Of a stretch of 64,000 bases of DNA, positions 51,001 through 63,000 are shown one piece after another. The stretch is taken from positions 17,422,001-17,486,000 of the forward strand of contig CM119381.1 in NCBI GenBank assembly GCA_051294905.1, read 5' to 3'. Every line of letters begins with the position of its first letter. Positions within the stretch are counted from its first letter, which is position 1. This stretch comes from Botryllus schlosseri. Taxonomy: Eukaryota. A program made the position numbers and the translations under genes. Below the pieces are notes generated by a model that was given only the letters and a program-made list of their open reading frames with translations, was not told the origin of the DNA and did no database searches.

Positions 51001-54000
51001 TACAGAGGTGGTCAGTAAGTAAGTATTTCGACTTTTTCATAGCAAGTTATGCCTACCGGCACTACTTATGCGAGTGGCTATGGTTTTGAACTACGTCCAT
51101 TTCTACTTGACAGCAGTTTTGGTAAAATCAATTTGAATTTTGAAAAGTAGAAAGCAGTTTTGGTACTAAGTTTGCGTTATTTCTGTGAGTGAAATTGCCA
51201 GAAAAAATGGGTGAACTAGCCCTGACAACACGGTAACTGAATATATCTTCGAATCTTGCCCTATTTTAGTTTCATTGGTCTGTTTGCGCTAGTCGTTAAG
51301 AATGAAGAAGCATAATGCGGTGCCTGCGACAACTCAGGTCATATCGTAGGCCCAGTGTCTTGCATTTGGTTGGAATGAACTGCTAAAATACGCGACTCAT
51401 AAACTGAATCTACGCATTGAAACTGTCCTCTCGATTACTCTTCACGCCTTTCACTTCCTACTTCTACTTGAAGTAGTTTTAATGTTTCCTGGAATCGGCT
51501 ACTTTTACTTGTAATGAAGTAAAAATTTGAAGTATGAATTCAGCCTTACCCATTAGACAGATTCGACAAAGCCGCCAGAGAATCCAGTGGATGCGCCGGA
51601 CTCTGCCTAGACGATTCTCCCCCATCTCCGTTGGCCTCTAGTTTACTCTCTCTAGGACTGGCGTCTTCTCCGGCAGATTCCGTATCCATACGCTCAAAGT
51701 CGTCTTCAGATCGCGGAGACACCTCGAGCTTGTCCGCACCGCTGTCCACATAGTTCCCGTTGATATCTTCACGCACTTCGCTCATCGGTCGCTCCAGCGA
51801 CCCTTCCGATTTCACAGAAGCGCTGTCTATGCGATCGCTGTCGTCGGCAATCAAATCTTTCATTTTTACCACCATGTCTGCGGTTTCATTGGGGCTGACA
51901 CTGCGCGAATCGCCACGCCTCTCTGCGAAAACAGATATGGAAATAAAATTATAATCTGATCAGTAACGAAGTACTTGCACTTTTCCGGAGTTCTAAACTT
52001 GGTTTATTCTACTCGTAATGCTCACTGAAGCGGTTGAATTTCTCAATTACTTCCACTTATACTTGACAATTACTTAAGCCAAACTTTATGCTTTGGGTTT
52101 TGTAAAGTAAAAAGTAGATTGCGGATATGCTTGAATCACGTTTGTGTGAAATTGTCAATACAACATGGCGGTGGCTTCGACAACTTGGACCTATTTGTTG
52201 AGTCATTGGTCGTTATGCGTTGGTCGTGGAGATGCACTCTGCAATTTCACCCACTAAAGGTGCGCGACCCATCGACACAATCTACTTTTTAAGTACTTAC
52301 TCTAGTACTTTTAAAGTATTAATTTTCTGTTTCCACTCAAGTAGGCGCGATTTCGGAATTTGTACTTTTACGTAGAACCATACGGCGTCGTACTACTAGG
52401 CTAGTAGCAACGTTCACTACTACGGATACAATCATGGAAAAAGCACTCACCCAATATCGGCTGCTGCCTTTGTGCCTGTACCATCGCGTGCATGTGCATG
52501 TGGCGCTGGAATTCCACTCCGTCCCGGAACCGGGCCGTGCACAGCGAGCACTTGTAGCCCTCCGAGTTCATCGACCGGGAATTGGACGGGGGCAAAGGTC
52601 CCATCTGCCGCCGGTGCACGCTGCTGTAGTGCGTGCGCAGATTCCCACGGGTCGTGAAAGCGCGGGAACACAAGTCACACTTGTAAGGCCGCTCTCCTGT
52701 AACGATACGGATTACAAGCTGTAGCGTTGAAATAATATAGACGATCAGGCTTACTAGATCTGGAATACTTCCTTTTTTACGTACTTGGAAGTTCCTACTT
52801 CTACTTTAGTACGAACGTTGACTACTTTAACCATCTCTGAGTCTGTCACACGATTGGGGATGATCACTGGTCCGAAACAGAGTACTTCTATTTTTCCGAG
52901 TACTCAAGTAGGTTTTGATACATTATGATTTTAGACTACATTTACTTCTACTTCACAGGTACAGAATCCTCACTTTCTTTATCGCAAATCGTAACTTCTG
53001 CTTGCACTTCAATAGTAATTTACCACTTAGTTCTTCTGGCGTACTAACGCTGATTACTTTGACCACCTCTGTAAAAAAGCAAAGCGATGCGGTACCTGTG
53101 TGGGTGCGGTAGTGCAGTTTCAGGGCGCTTTGACAGCTCAGTATTCTGTGACAAATGTGACATTCGTTCTTCTGCAACACTCTGCCTCTGTCTATGTTCT
53201 CCACGAGCCTTTGCAACTTGCTGGTTTCGGAAGACGACGTCTGGGGCCTGGAGTAGTCTCCGTAGTGTACTTCGCGCTTGATATTACCTCCAGGGCTGGC
53301 CGATCTGGTCAAAGTCGGCAGCTTCATGTCATATCCGCCGCTGCTGGACACGTTAGGCTGCATTTGGCCTTGAAACGCGCCGAGCTGCTGCGGTAGCAGG
53401 TACCGCAAGTGCGGCGGAACGTTCTCAATCTGCTGACGCGCCGCTAACCCGGGCAAGAACGGCAACATGGCCGCTTGCAGAAGACTCATCTGACTTTTTG
53501 GATCGCGGGAATTGGCAGGGTCAGGATTTTTGCTATCGCCGGCCCATTGAGCCTCTAACAATTCCGCTCTTCGCCTTTGAAGCAACTGCGCGTGAATGGC
53601 GCTCGCCACGTCTGCGGCCCCAGCGCGATCGTCTGCGTGTCTACCGTTGGACCTTTCCAAGCAGTCGCTTTCGCTTTTCCCATTACCCTGCATTTCAGGC
53701 GGCAGCAGGCGTGGAAACTTTTGCGATTCGCGCTGGTTAAGCATCGCGGCTTGCTGCGGCGTCAAGTGTATGCTCGGATTGCCGTGTAGTCGCGGTCTCT
53801 CCAACGCAGCCTTCTCTGGCAAGATTGACATACCGTACGGTAGCCCGTTCGAAGTCACGAGATGGTCCAAAAACTCGGGCACGGGCTGCCCGTTCATCTG
53901 TATGTTCGGGTACTTGGACTTGTGCCTCGTAAAGTGCACCTTCAAGTTCCCTTTCGTGGTAAACCGGTTACCACACACGTTACACTTGAACGGCCGCTCG

Positions 54001-56244
54001 CCGGTGTGCGAGCGGATGTGAATCTGTAGCGCACTATCGCTGCCGAATATCTTGTGACAAAACCGGCACCGGTGCCTGTGCTCTTCAGCAGTGGATTTCA
54101 GAGCGGAGTCTCGGAGCTCGCCTTCTTCTTGTGAGCCGTGCGAGGACGACGCGTCATCCGCGTTCCCGCGCGTTGCGCTAGTGTAATTTTCCTCCCCACC
54201 GAATCCGGAGTCGGAGTTACGCAGCGCGTCTCCTTCGTCTTTGTTCTCTTTCTTGTCCTCCGCTTTTCCCGCGAGATCTTCGTCAGGAGCGACTTTCAGC
54301 TGGTATCGTTGTTCCTGCTCGCTGCAGCGATTTTCGCTACAACGATTGTCGTCCGACTGAGCAAAAACGGCTCTAATCGTGTGGTTGTTATCGGCAGGTT
54401 GCTGCGCGCCCATCATGAGACTAGCTTTGGCGTATTCTGCAGATTGGTTGCTGTCAGCATTGTTTTGGAAGTTATTCATAGCCATAGCAGCCATCATTTG
54501 AGGCATCAGCGGGTTTCCAGGCTGGTTAGGCATGCCTGGCATGAAAGGAGGTTGCATCATACCGGTACTCATCGGGTTTCTGTTGGTGAACTGCGGGTTA
54601 GAGGCCGCGTGCTGGTTGGTTGACGCGATCGCCAGCTGCCACTGCAGGAAGTTCAACAGCTGCACCTGGTACGCTTGCTGCTGCTGTATCATTCGGACTT
54701 GGTACTTGATTGCGCTGATGTCGGGCCTGTCGCCGCCGCCGGTTTGCGACGCGAAGGCGGACATGTTCTGGATGGCGTTGGCCATGGCTTCAGCGGCCAT
54801 GATATCTTTCTTGATTTTTTCCGTCTCGTCCGGCACCGCGCTACGCCCGTTTGCGTGGTCTGCGCTGGCAGGTGCGCCGTTGCTGCTGCCGCCGCGGGAT
54901 TCGCTTCTGTTTTCCGTAGCGGAGCAGTCGTTTTTCTCCGATTCCGCCATCGAATCGGGCGACACCGATCTGGAATCTGTGAACGGAGCGGCGTGTTCAG
55001 CTTTATTCATAGGAAATATAAACTCGTCCACTTTCGACGATTAAATTATGTCAGAGGTGGTCAATAACAAGTTTTTCTGTCGAGATGTTTGGGCAAAACT
55101 ATTGAAATTTTTATTATTTGGACTTTCCACTCTAAGTAGTTTTGACATGTCTTGGAAATCAATACTTCTACTTGTCAATGAGTAGAAGTTACGGCGTTAC
55201 ATATATCTCTAAGTGAGCAGCAACACTTAGTACTTTGACCACCTCTGTTAATTATCAAGCGTTTTGCTCGTTGTAGTTGTTGGGAAAAATTCACGCGCTG
55301 TCGGCATGTTCAACTTGAATACCATAGGAGCGGTAAGTCGCCATTCCCGCGGCATTAATTTAGGAGACACTGAAAAATGAAAGTCGCGTGCGATCTGAAT
55401 TGATGGGACACCGGGATCTGAAGGATCGGTCTCAAACTCCGGAATATTTTCCACCTTGTTTGAATCATAACAGCGAGTGCTCAACGGGTGGTCTGGAGAG
55501 TTGAAAGACAGCTACATTTTTGGGTCACCCGTACTCGCTACGATAATTCTTACGCGGGTTCAGAATGCATAGCAAAATAGAAAGAATGACCATCCGATTC
55601 TTCCGGCACTTATGCCCATGAAACAAGTACGCTTCTCAAAATTCAATATGCAACATGGCTTAAACGTGAAGTGATGAACCACCGAATGACCTTCACTGAA
55701 AGATTGCCGATCTGTTTACAAATGACCGATTCCGCTTTAACTTACCGTGACATGTTACATTTTCAACTTCTTTGAAATCCCCGATATTTTCTTTCCTTTC
55801 CGGAATATCGTGATCTGTCGATGGGACCCGCGGGGATCCACCATCGCCACACCTATTTTCGTCAATGTTCAATGCGCCTTCCTCCTCATCTACAGCAACG
55901 CGCCTCCGTTCGCTCATCAACTCTTCCTCAGACGCCATTATTACGTTGCCGCTGATGACGTATCCGCCATCTTCCTCGCCTTTCGACTGGTTGGAGTTAT
56001 CATCGTTGTCGTCGTCCGGAGATATTTCATCTCGCGCGGAATTCTCCTGCGATTACACACAAAGCGGGTTTGATTACTATACGCGGAATGCCAACAATTT
56101 TAAATCCACTCACCAAACACTGGAAATCTCTGTGCCGGATGTAATCAAGCAAAATTTCAAACTTTTTGTTGCAACGATCGCAGGTGTACATCCCGCCGCG
56201 CGGTTCAGCCTCCTGCCTCGGGCGTTTGCCTCCGTCCGCGTCAA
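48057..56244 (-). CDS. Sall: Spalt-like (Sall) C2H2 zinc-finger transcription factor, first coding exon not located; exons (descending) 56244-56114, 56046-55746, 55030(or 55000)-53096, 52696-52451, 51922-51550, 50957-50828, 50770-50617, 50003-49930, 49865-49755, 49159-48899, 48789-48681, 48618-48485, 48065-48057
   Basis: N-terminal C2HC finger ([22 protein letters not shown]), Q-rich segment ([12 protein letters not shown]) and four C2H2 clusters with SAL-box [16 protein letters not shown]; cluster 2 is a triple finger. All listed junctions are GT-AG with matching phases. The last small exons and the main-exon acceptor choice are less certain. Confidence 0.93.
49170..49705 (+). mobile_element. 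CAGAGGTGGTC-family MITE filling most of a Sall intron
   Basis: Left CAGAGGTGATGGTCAGTAACG, degraded right end GCTACTTAGAGCACCTCCG, TACTTCTACTT motifs. Confidence 0.7.
51003..51530 (+). mobile_element. CAGAGGTGGTC-family MITE in Sall intron
   Basis: Starts CAGAGGTGGTCAGTAAG; CTACTTCTACTTGAAGTAG motifs. Confidence 0.65.
52750..53071 (+). mobile_element. Two tandem CAGAGGTGGTC-family MITE copies in Sall intron
   Basis: Right ends TACTTTAACCATCTCTG (52839) and TACTTTGACCACCTCTG (53071). Confidence 0.65.
55052..55247 (+). mobile_element. Complete short CAGAGGTGGTC-family MITE in Sall intron
   Basis: TIR CAGAGGTGGTCAA / TTGACCACCTCTG (13 bp perfect). Confidence 0.8.
55412..55492 (-). other. Candidate 81-nt symmetric (phase 1-1) cassette exon of Sall ([27 protein letters not shown])
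   Basis: Strong acceptor TGTCTTTCAACTCTCCAG, open in the required frame; the donor (CCCG|GTGTCC) is weak. Confidence 0.35.
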
Positions 56245-56849
56245 CTAAACCCAAGAATAACATGCTCTATCTTCGCGCATATATTACACACTCCACTATA
56301 CGGATTACGACTCGCAAGAACTTGTACATCTGCAACATCGAGAGTGGGATATCTATTTACGGCTGACCGAGACCCATTCACGGCAGTCGAACATACGATG
56401 CGCGTGTTATTCGCGACTGGAAACGGATGTCGTACATATCATATTTACAATATAAAGTGTCATACGCCGCAATAAGCTATTTCCCCACTTCGTGTCACCG
56501 CCGTTTGCATGGATCACGGTAACATGCAACACTATTTGCCAAGCGCTGAAAAGCGAAGAGCGATTTCCGAATTATATTTCTTTATTACCTCCGCGCCCGT
56601 GAAGCGAAGCGAGAGTCGCCCGCGGTTGCGTCGGGCGGTAAAGAAGCTAGGGCGCATTTGAAACCGCGCTGGCGAAACATTTCATATGCTTCCTGCTTCA
56701 TATCAAATTGCTTATGCTGTCCAGCGGCATCAATAGAAGCCGCATTCATCATTGGCATAGAAATTGCGGCGCCGGAAAAGTCGGGTATATGTGCTTACAT
56801 TTCCATAATTGAATGACTCGGAACGTTCGAGATCGTTAGAGTTTAGGAT

Positions 56850-57066
56850 GGAGGGAACTGCTAGCCAAAGGTACCGGGCGTTGTGCATGACGCAGTGCAT
56901 TATGGTTGCGTTACATATGGGGCACTTACTTTGTAAAACTAGGCCTATAATATTTACGTTTCACTTACTTGAAAATCACAACTTCTACTTGCACTTGAAT
57001 AGAAATAAACGAAGCTACTTCGAACTGCTACTTGAGTACCAACGACTACTACTTTGACAACCTCTG
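56850..57066 (+). mobile_element. CAGAGGTGGTC-family MITE upstream of the first identified Sall exon
   Basis: Right end TACTTTGACAACCTCTG and CTTCTACTTGCACTTG motif. Confidence 0.6.
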
Positions 57067-60000
57067 TATTTTACTGAGCCATATCCGCAAACGCACGCTG
57101 TTGTGAAATATCCTAGTGGAGTTGATTGATGCAATGATAAACAGTTGTGACTTAATGCATGACTCGTTTCACTCTCGGTATAAGAACAGATACAGACATC
57201 ATGCACTTTACATGCACTTTAACACCGGACCGATTGGTCAAACGGTTACGCCTGTAGGTCCGTTCCTATCAAACTTTAGCGTTGTCTTGAAACGAAAATA
57301 GTTCCGAAGCCGGCAGGTGGCGGACGCCGTTGAAAACAGACGTAAGATCTCGAAAAGAGATTAATATTCCCGACGAAGCGCGCATTTTGACAAGCGTATG
57401 AATATTTAACACGACTCCAAGAGCCGGGCAGCTGTCAATTTCGGTATCAAATTTGCCGTTTACATCCCAAAAGCCTGTAACCCAGGCGTATCAATATTTC
57501 CGCGATTATACAGCGTCGAAACCACGAGAAAGAACGCTAGACTCGAGTCTTAAATGCGGCATTCCGCAATAAGCCAGTGCGAGATGATGTGCGGGGTTAA
57601 TGTGTAATCCAAAGTCATCCGGTACAAATGTAAAACACGAGTTTATAGTTCGAGAAATCGACATAATGGCCGGTCGTATTGATATATTCAAAACGGAGAA
57701 AGCGACTCGTAAAAACAAAAAATCGGATAGTGGCATTGTCAATCCCGATGACCTTGCGACATCGCGTGGCGGGACTCGCGAGATGACAAATGACACCCCG
57801 CTCGCGGTAGACCGTGAGGAATAGCGTGTTTCACGCTTATTTCCTACTCTTAGATAGCTTTCAAATGTATTAGTCACAATAAAACCGACTTATGGGGATT
57901 TCACAAGCGATACATCACGCGGACACGCGATTATGAAAATGGAACTGGCGTATCTTCATGCACAAAATGGCGCACGTTTCAGCGCGAAAAAATGGAAAAA
58001 ATCAGTGTTTATGTTTCGCACTGTAACCTCATTACGGCGAGCACCAAATAAAACGCGCAAGTTATATTGTATTAGGTTTCAGTTTTGACTTTTGACTATA
58101 TTAAAATATCCGCTATTCCAGGCATGGCGGATATTTATACGCGCACTATATAATTATAATAAGTTTGAGAAGAACTATACAAAGTAACGAGCACGCGTAT
58201 ACTAACAATGGTTCTGGAAACTTGTCAAGTTTGATCTTAAATCATAGTCGACTAGTAGATCACAAGGAGCCATACGAGTGACTAGGACAATGCTATTTCC
58301 AAACCGCGCAGTCACACTTTTTATTATGCCATAAAAATATAAATCGCAAATCAACACTGTAAGCCGTGCGTTAGCAACTTTCCGACGTACAGGAAGCAGA
58401 AATACCGCTTCCGACCGAAGTCCCACGTCAGTCTTAACAAAGGTGACATGATCCCCCATTACACCAAACGCATCAATCACCGGCAGACCTCAATATTAAA
58501 TAGCGTAAAGATCTACTCCATACACTACTAACAATCCATTAATTATTGCTCATCGAGGCGCGATGAGTTACACTCTCGGTTAATATCGAGTGTCCCTGGT
58601 GTGTTGAAATTCAATGGCATCAATTTCAATTTCAGACACTGGAACGAATTGCATTAATTCGATGGGACGACAGAAATTATTTTTCCGTTCCATTTCTAAT
58701 AGATTCGATCGCGCGTGATCTGCTGACAAATTGTGTGCTGAGTGGCGATAGCGCCGTTACCATATCTCGATATGGCAATGAAATTTCGCTCGCCACTTTG
58801 CGCACGGAGCACGGCTGGCGCTGGCCTCATTTATTATGCATGTGTTAGTATAAATTTCGTTGAAATGTTTCGGCAAATTAGGCAGAATAGCTAAAATCCC
58901 GCGGAAGCGAGCGATGCCGGTAGGCGCAGGCATAATGACGCAGAACTACTGTAATATGCGTTGTGACAAAATAATGTATTTGTGATTGATCGTCCTCGAT
59001 TGCCATCTAAAAATGGTGCCCATCGCTACGCATTTTTTAAGCAAGGCATGCGAGGCCTGCATTGCGCCCTTTGCTTATTCACCCATTTTCCCAAACAATA
59101 ACATCAACTTCAAGACATGTTCTATCCCGTCGTCATAACATATACGCAATTGCACTAGGACGGTATATTATGTTGCATACATAGGGTAAAATGCCAGTAA
59201 ACTATGATTAAATGGTGCGCAGTAACTCTCAATTAATAACAGTTATGGAATTGGTAACAGCAGGGAATATGAATTGATATGACTGATTAGCGCAATTTAC
59301 TTTTCGGCGAGCGCACCTTGTCCCGTTGACGGATGATACACGGTCGATTGATAAGGTACAGCCGTGGAAAGTGTTGGAGAAATACAATTACGCTCAGACG
59401 GATTACTGATCATTTTGGTTAAAAACAACAGCGCGTATTACTGGCCGGCGGAGAAAAATGAGTTACAATGTAACCCGACCACGCAAGGATACACGGCCGA
59501 TGGGTTTTATGATGATAAAACCACTCGGAAAAAAATTGTGAATAGAAAGGATTACGGCGCCGATGACAATCGGTGATTAATGACCCGTACGCCTTTCCCG
59601 TTTACACGAGCGCTCATTCAATATCGCGATGCAGAAATCTTGACACACATGCATGTAGTCCATTCGCGGATAATAGCGCGGTGAGTTTACACAGCACTAA
59701 TCGCAGATTTAAACTTCAATTATTAATGCCTATTTCAACACTGTAATCAAGAGCTAATGTAATCAAAGACACTGCATAGTGTCAGCGATGAAAGCTTTAA
59801 TCGCTCGATCATAAATTTCCCTGCTAGCACCGAAACATACATATAAATCTTTACCAATCGTATGATAGTTTGACATTGAATGGTACTTCTAAAACATGAT
59901 AGTTTTTGGCAACAGCGACACCCGGCGCTACTCGCAGTTCCTGTATTTCCAGACGGCCAACGCTGTCGAAGGTGGTTTTCGTTAGTCATGTTTACAATAA

Positions 60001-63000
60001 GCGGAGACACGTAACACTTGTACCGTTACCAGGGGTAGCGGGGGTCAAAAATAGCATCTTAGTATAAATGTACCCATAATCCGAATCAGCACCGCGTCGA
60101 AAGATGGATGAATATCTCGCGCGTAATCCAACACGGGATAGCGTAATATTCACACGCTAAACAGGTAACGGGAGCTTGTTTTAATAACCGTACTTTTTCC
60201 ACTTTGTCATTTTTTATCAGCTATTCGGATGGTTTCAACTTAAGACCGATGGTGTGTAACGATCACGCTTGTCAAACACACATTATTTTCGAATTTCGGA
60301 ATCGCTCCTATGTATAAATATTACCAAGGAATGTCGGAAGTTTGGCTATACGATTGACTAGCGTGAAGCGAGATTGAGAACTTAACCAGAAGGTTTGCAC
60401 TGTCGTCCATTGCAATTTACCTTTTGTTCAGTCTACTAAAGAATCGAAATTATGACGCTCATTATATGCTATATTACTTTGGTGTGCAATTTCAGTTGGT
60501 CAGTTTAATCAGCCTCGTAGTAAAATCTTGATAAAATGACCTCGTCATACAAATCGCCAGTCGGATACGATCACTCGCGGAATGAGAGAGTAATTCAGAT
60601 CCTCCAATATATATTGCGGAACAACAACTGAAAATTGCAGAATTGCCACATATCGCAGTTTTGAGTAACCCTTGTTATTGACACAAGTTCTGTTTGCGAT
60701 TGGAACTTCTATGAATGCGCAATTGCGCATGCTCATTGAATACATACCAGCGCGTCTGGTATTAGTAAAATTTTTCCCTCAGAGTTATAATCACACGACC
60801 CTGATTTAGCAAAGCCGACTGCCGGGTCAGTTCACACCAAATATTAAAATTTATATTCACCATGAAATAAGAAGGGCCTGCATTAATATCGCGAACTATC
60901 TGTGAACTTTACGCGTAACTCAAGCAATATTCAACGCTCTGCCGAAGACAAGCGAAGGAATTACGATGCATTGTCTGCCTTCAAGGATCACCATATGGCT
61001 TGCATATGAAAAAACAAAGCAACCAGGTCAAGTATTTTGATGATAACTCGGACGCGAAACAGATATGTCGTAAAGTATATTATCAGCGGCGCTATTTGGG
61101 TTGACGAGCGATCGCGCCACGTAATTGCGGCGAGTTACAGTCGACAAAAGGGAGGCAATGTGAATGATAACAAATGCATAACGCCTGACATAATAAATCG
61201 ACAACGAATGTCGAGAGCACGCAGATTCCGCGGTGACCAATTAAGGAATGCTGTGACGCAGATTTGATATTGTGGAGGAAACATCGATATACAAACTTGC
61301 AGACACAGACAACTAGACACGGACTTTTCGCCCGCCCTAAAGTGATATGCATAAAAAGTGACGCCACAACACACAATGTATCAGGAAGTGGGTGCATTTT
61401 GAAAGACCTGGCAAGAGCCGCGCGCAAGATGTCTGAAGTGGACTTGATCAATTTTAGCCAATTTAGTGTGTAACTTGTGTGTCATTATTCTATGAAGCAC
61501 ATTAGCAAGTATGCCCATAATAATTTAATTTAAACAAGCGGAATCGGTGCGCGATGGCCCTCGAAGGCAATATGTGCAAACACGGTCTGTGTGCACAGCG
61601 TATGTCCCGTCGTCACTTGTCAACATAATTTGTTAACATCAACGCATATCTCGAGAATTTCCCATTGTTCTCGAGTCGCCTTGCAATAATAGCGAAACGG
61701 AATAAGTAAGTAATTGAATTATTCCACCATGTCGCTAAGAGCGTAGCTTCCCCTTCGAATTCATCAGATCGCATCGCAGTCAGACGCGTTTGGCAAATAC
61801 TCGAAAGTACTGAAGAGGCGTAGTTTTAATCGGTCGCTTAACAAAAGTGTAAAATAATTGGTCACAATCGCGAAACCCGGTGTTTGCTCAGATTTTGGTA
61901 GGCGTCCTTGGCGGGACACTCGAGCGCTACAAACAAACATGTTCCCGCGAACGTGTAGTTTCATAACGAGATTATCGCACGGAAAAATTGAGTGGAATAT
62001 GACAAAAATGTTTCGACTCGCCGAAAGTTCCCACGGCAACAATTAATGGCGAACTCACAACATCTGCGTGCACCTTTTAGCAAGCGAACCAAACGATAGA
62101 ACGGAATCAATTGGGCGATTGATTGGCGTATTCCGGTCATAACACAACTCGCCAAGACTCATAGATTCCACAAAAAATTGCGAAGCTATGAACAGATTGT
62201 ACCTTGCGAGCGGATCACCGTGTCTTGGTCCTGATCCTCCGGTGAATTCGCTAAAAATGAATAAAAGGATTAGAAATTTTGAAACGGCTCCATTACAGCA
62301 TGAATGCGTGCAGGTCAACACACAACACAAAACCAGAAAACATTACCAGAAAATATACCAACGCAATCGACAGAAACAGCGCCATTTTGAATGAAAGCCA
62401 TAATTTTGCCGAAGGCAGACATATTATAACCATACCCTGCAAAGGCATACGCGATAGAATTTAAACTGTTACGCGTGCAGAGAAAAACCCGGGATAAAGG
62501 CAATCACAACTCCAACATCTCATCTACTCCTTGCACGCAGTAGAACCTCTGCTTAGTGCCTATTCTGTCATTCGCTGTTGCACCAACTCTTATGACAGGA
62601 TAGTTTAAATCCGCAATTCACCTGAAAAACTTTTCATACACTCACTTATTCAAACTTGGCGATCTGATAGCTCACAGTAAATGGCGCGGGTCTATACGGA
62701 ACCAATCGGTGACATTAGAAAGCTTCGTAATCTCCCTCCCAGTTCTGGATATCAATTCCGACCGATTGTGCGTCATAAAAGGCGACGTTTATTGCGTTCT
62801 TTCCATTTCTCGCGCGCTACTCATTTGGCATATTCCGAAATCAAAAACACAATGCCGAAATACGCTCAGCAGCACGGGATTTATCGGAAGAAATTTGAAT
62901 GATCATTGAACCAGAAAAAGAGAGATAGTAAAAAGCGGACTGCTAACGATTTTTAATTAGGTTGACCATCTATAGAATTAGGAGCCATTACGCGAGAGAA

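Noticed and set aside
53087-55067. Multiple + strand ORFs of 60-170 aa (e.g. 53596-54021, 54138-54623, 54532-55044)
   Set aside because: They are antisense shadows of the GC-rich main Sall exon, with no independent splice or homology signal.
57506-57877. ORFs on both strands (123 aa -, 74 aa +) as Sall exon 1 or a separate gene
   Set aside because: There is no Sall N-terminal motif and no suitable phase-1 donor.
61961-62155. - strand ATG..GATGTT|GTGAGT as Sall exon 1
   Set aside because: The donor is in the right phase, but the peptide (MTGIRQSIAQLIPF..) has no Sall-like features; unsupported.
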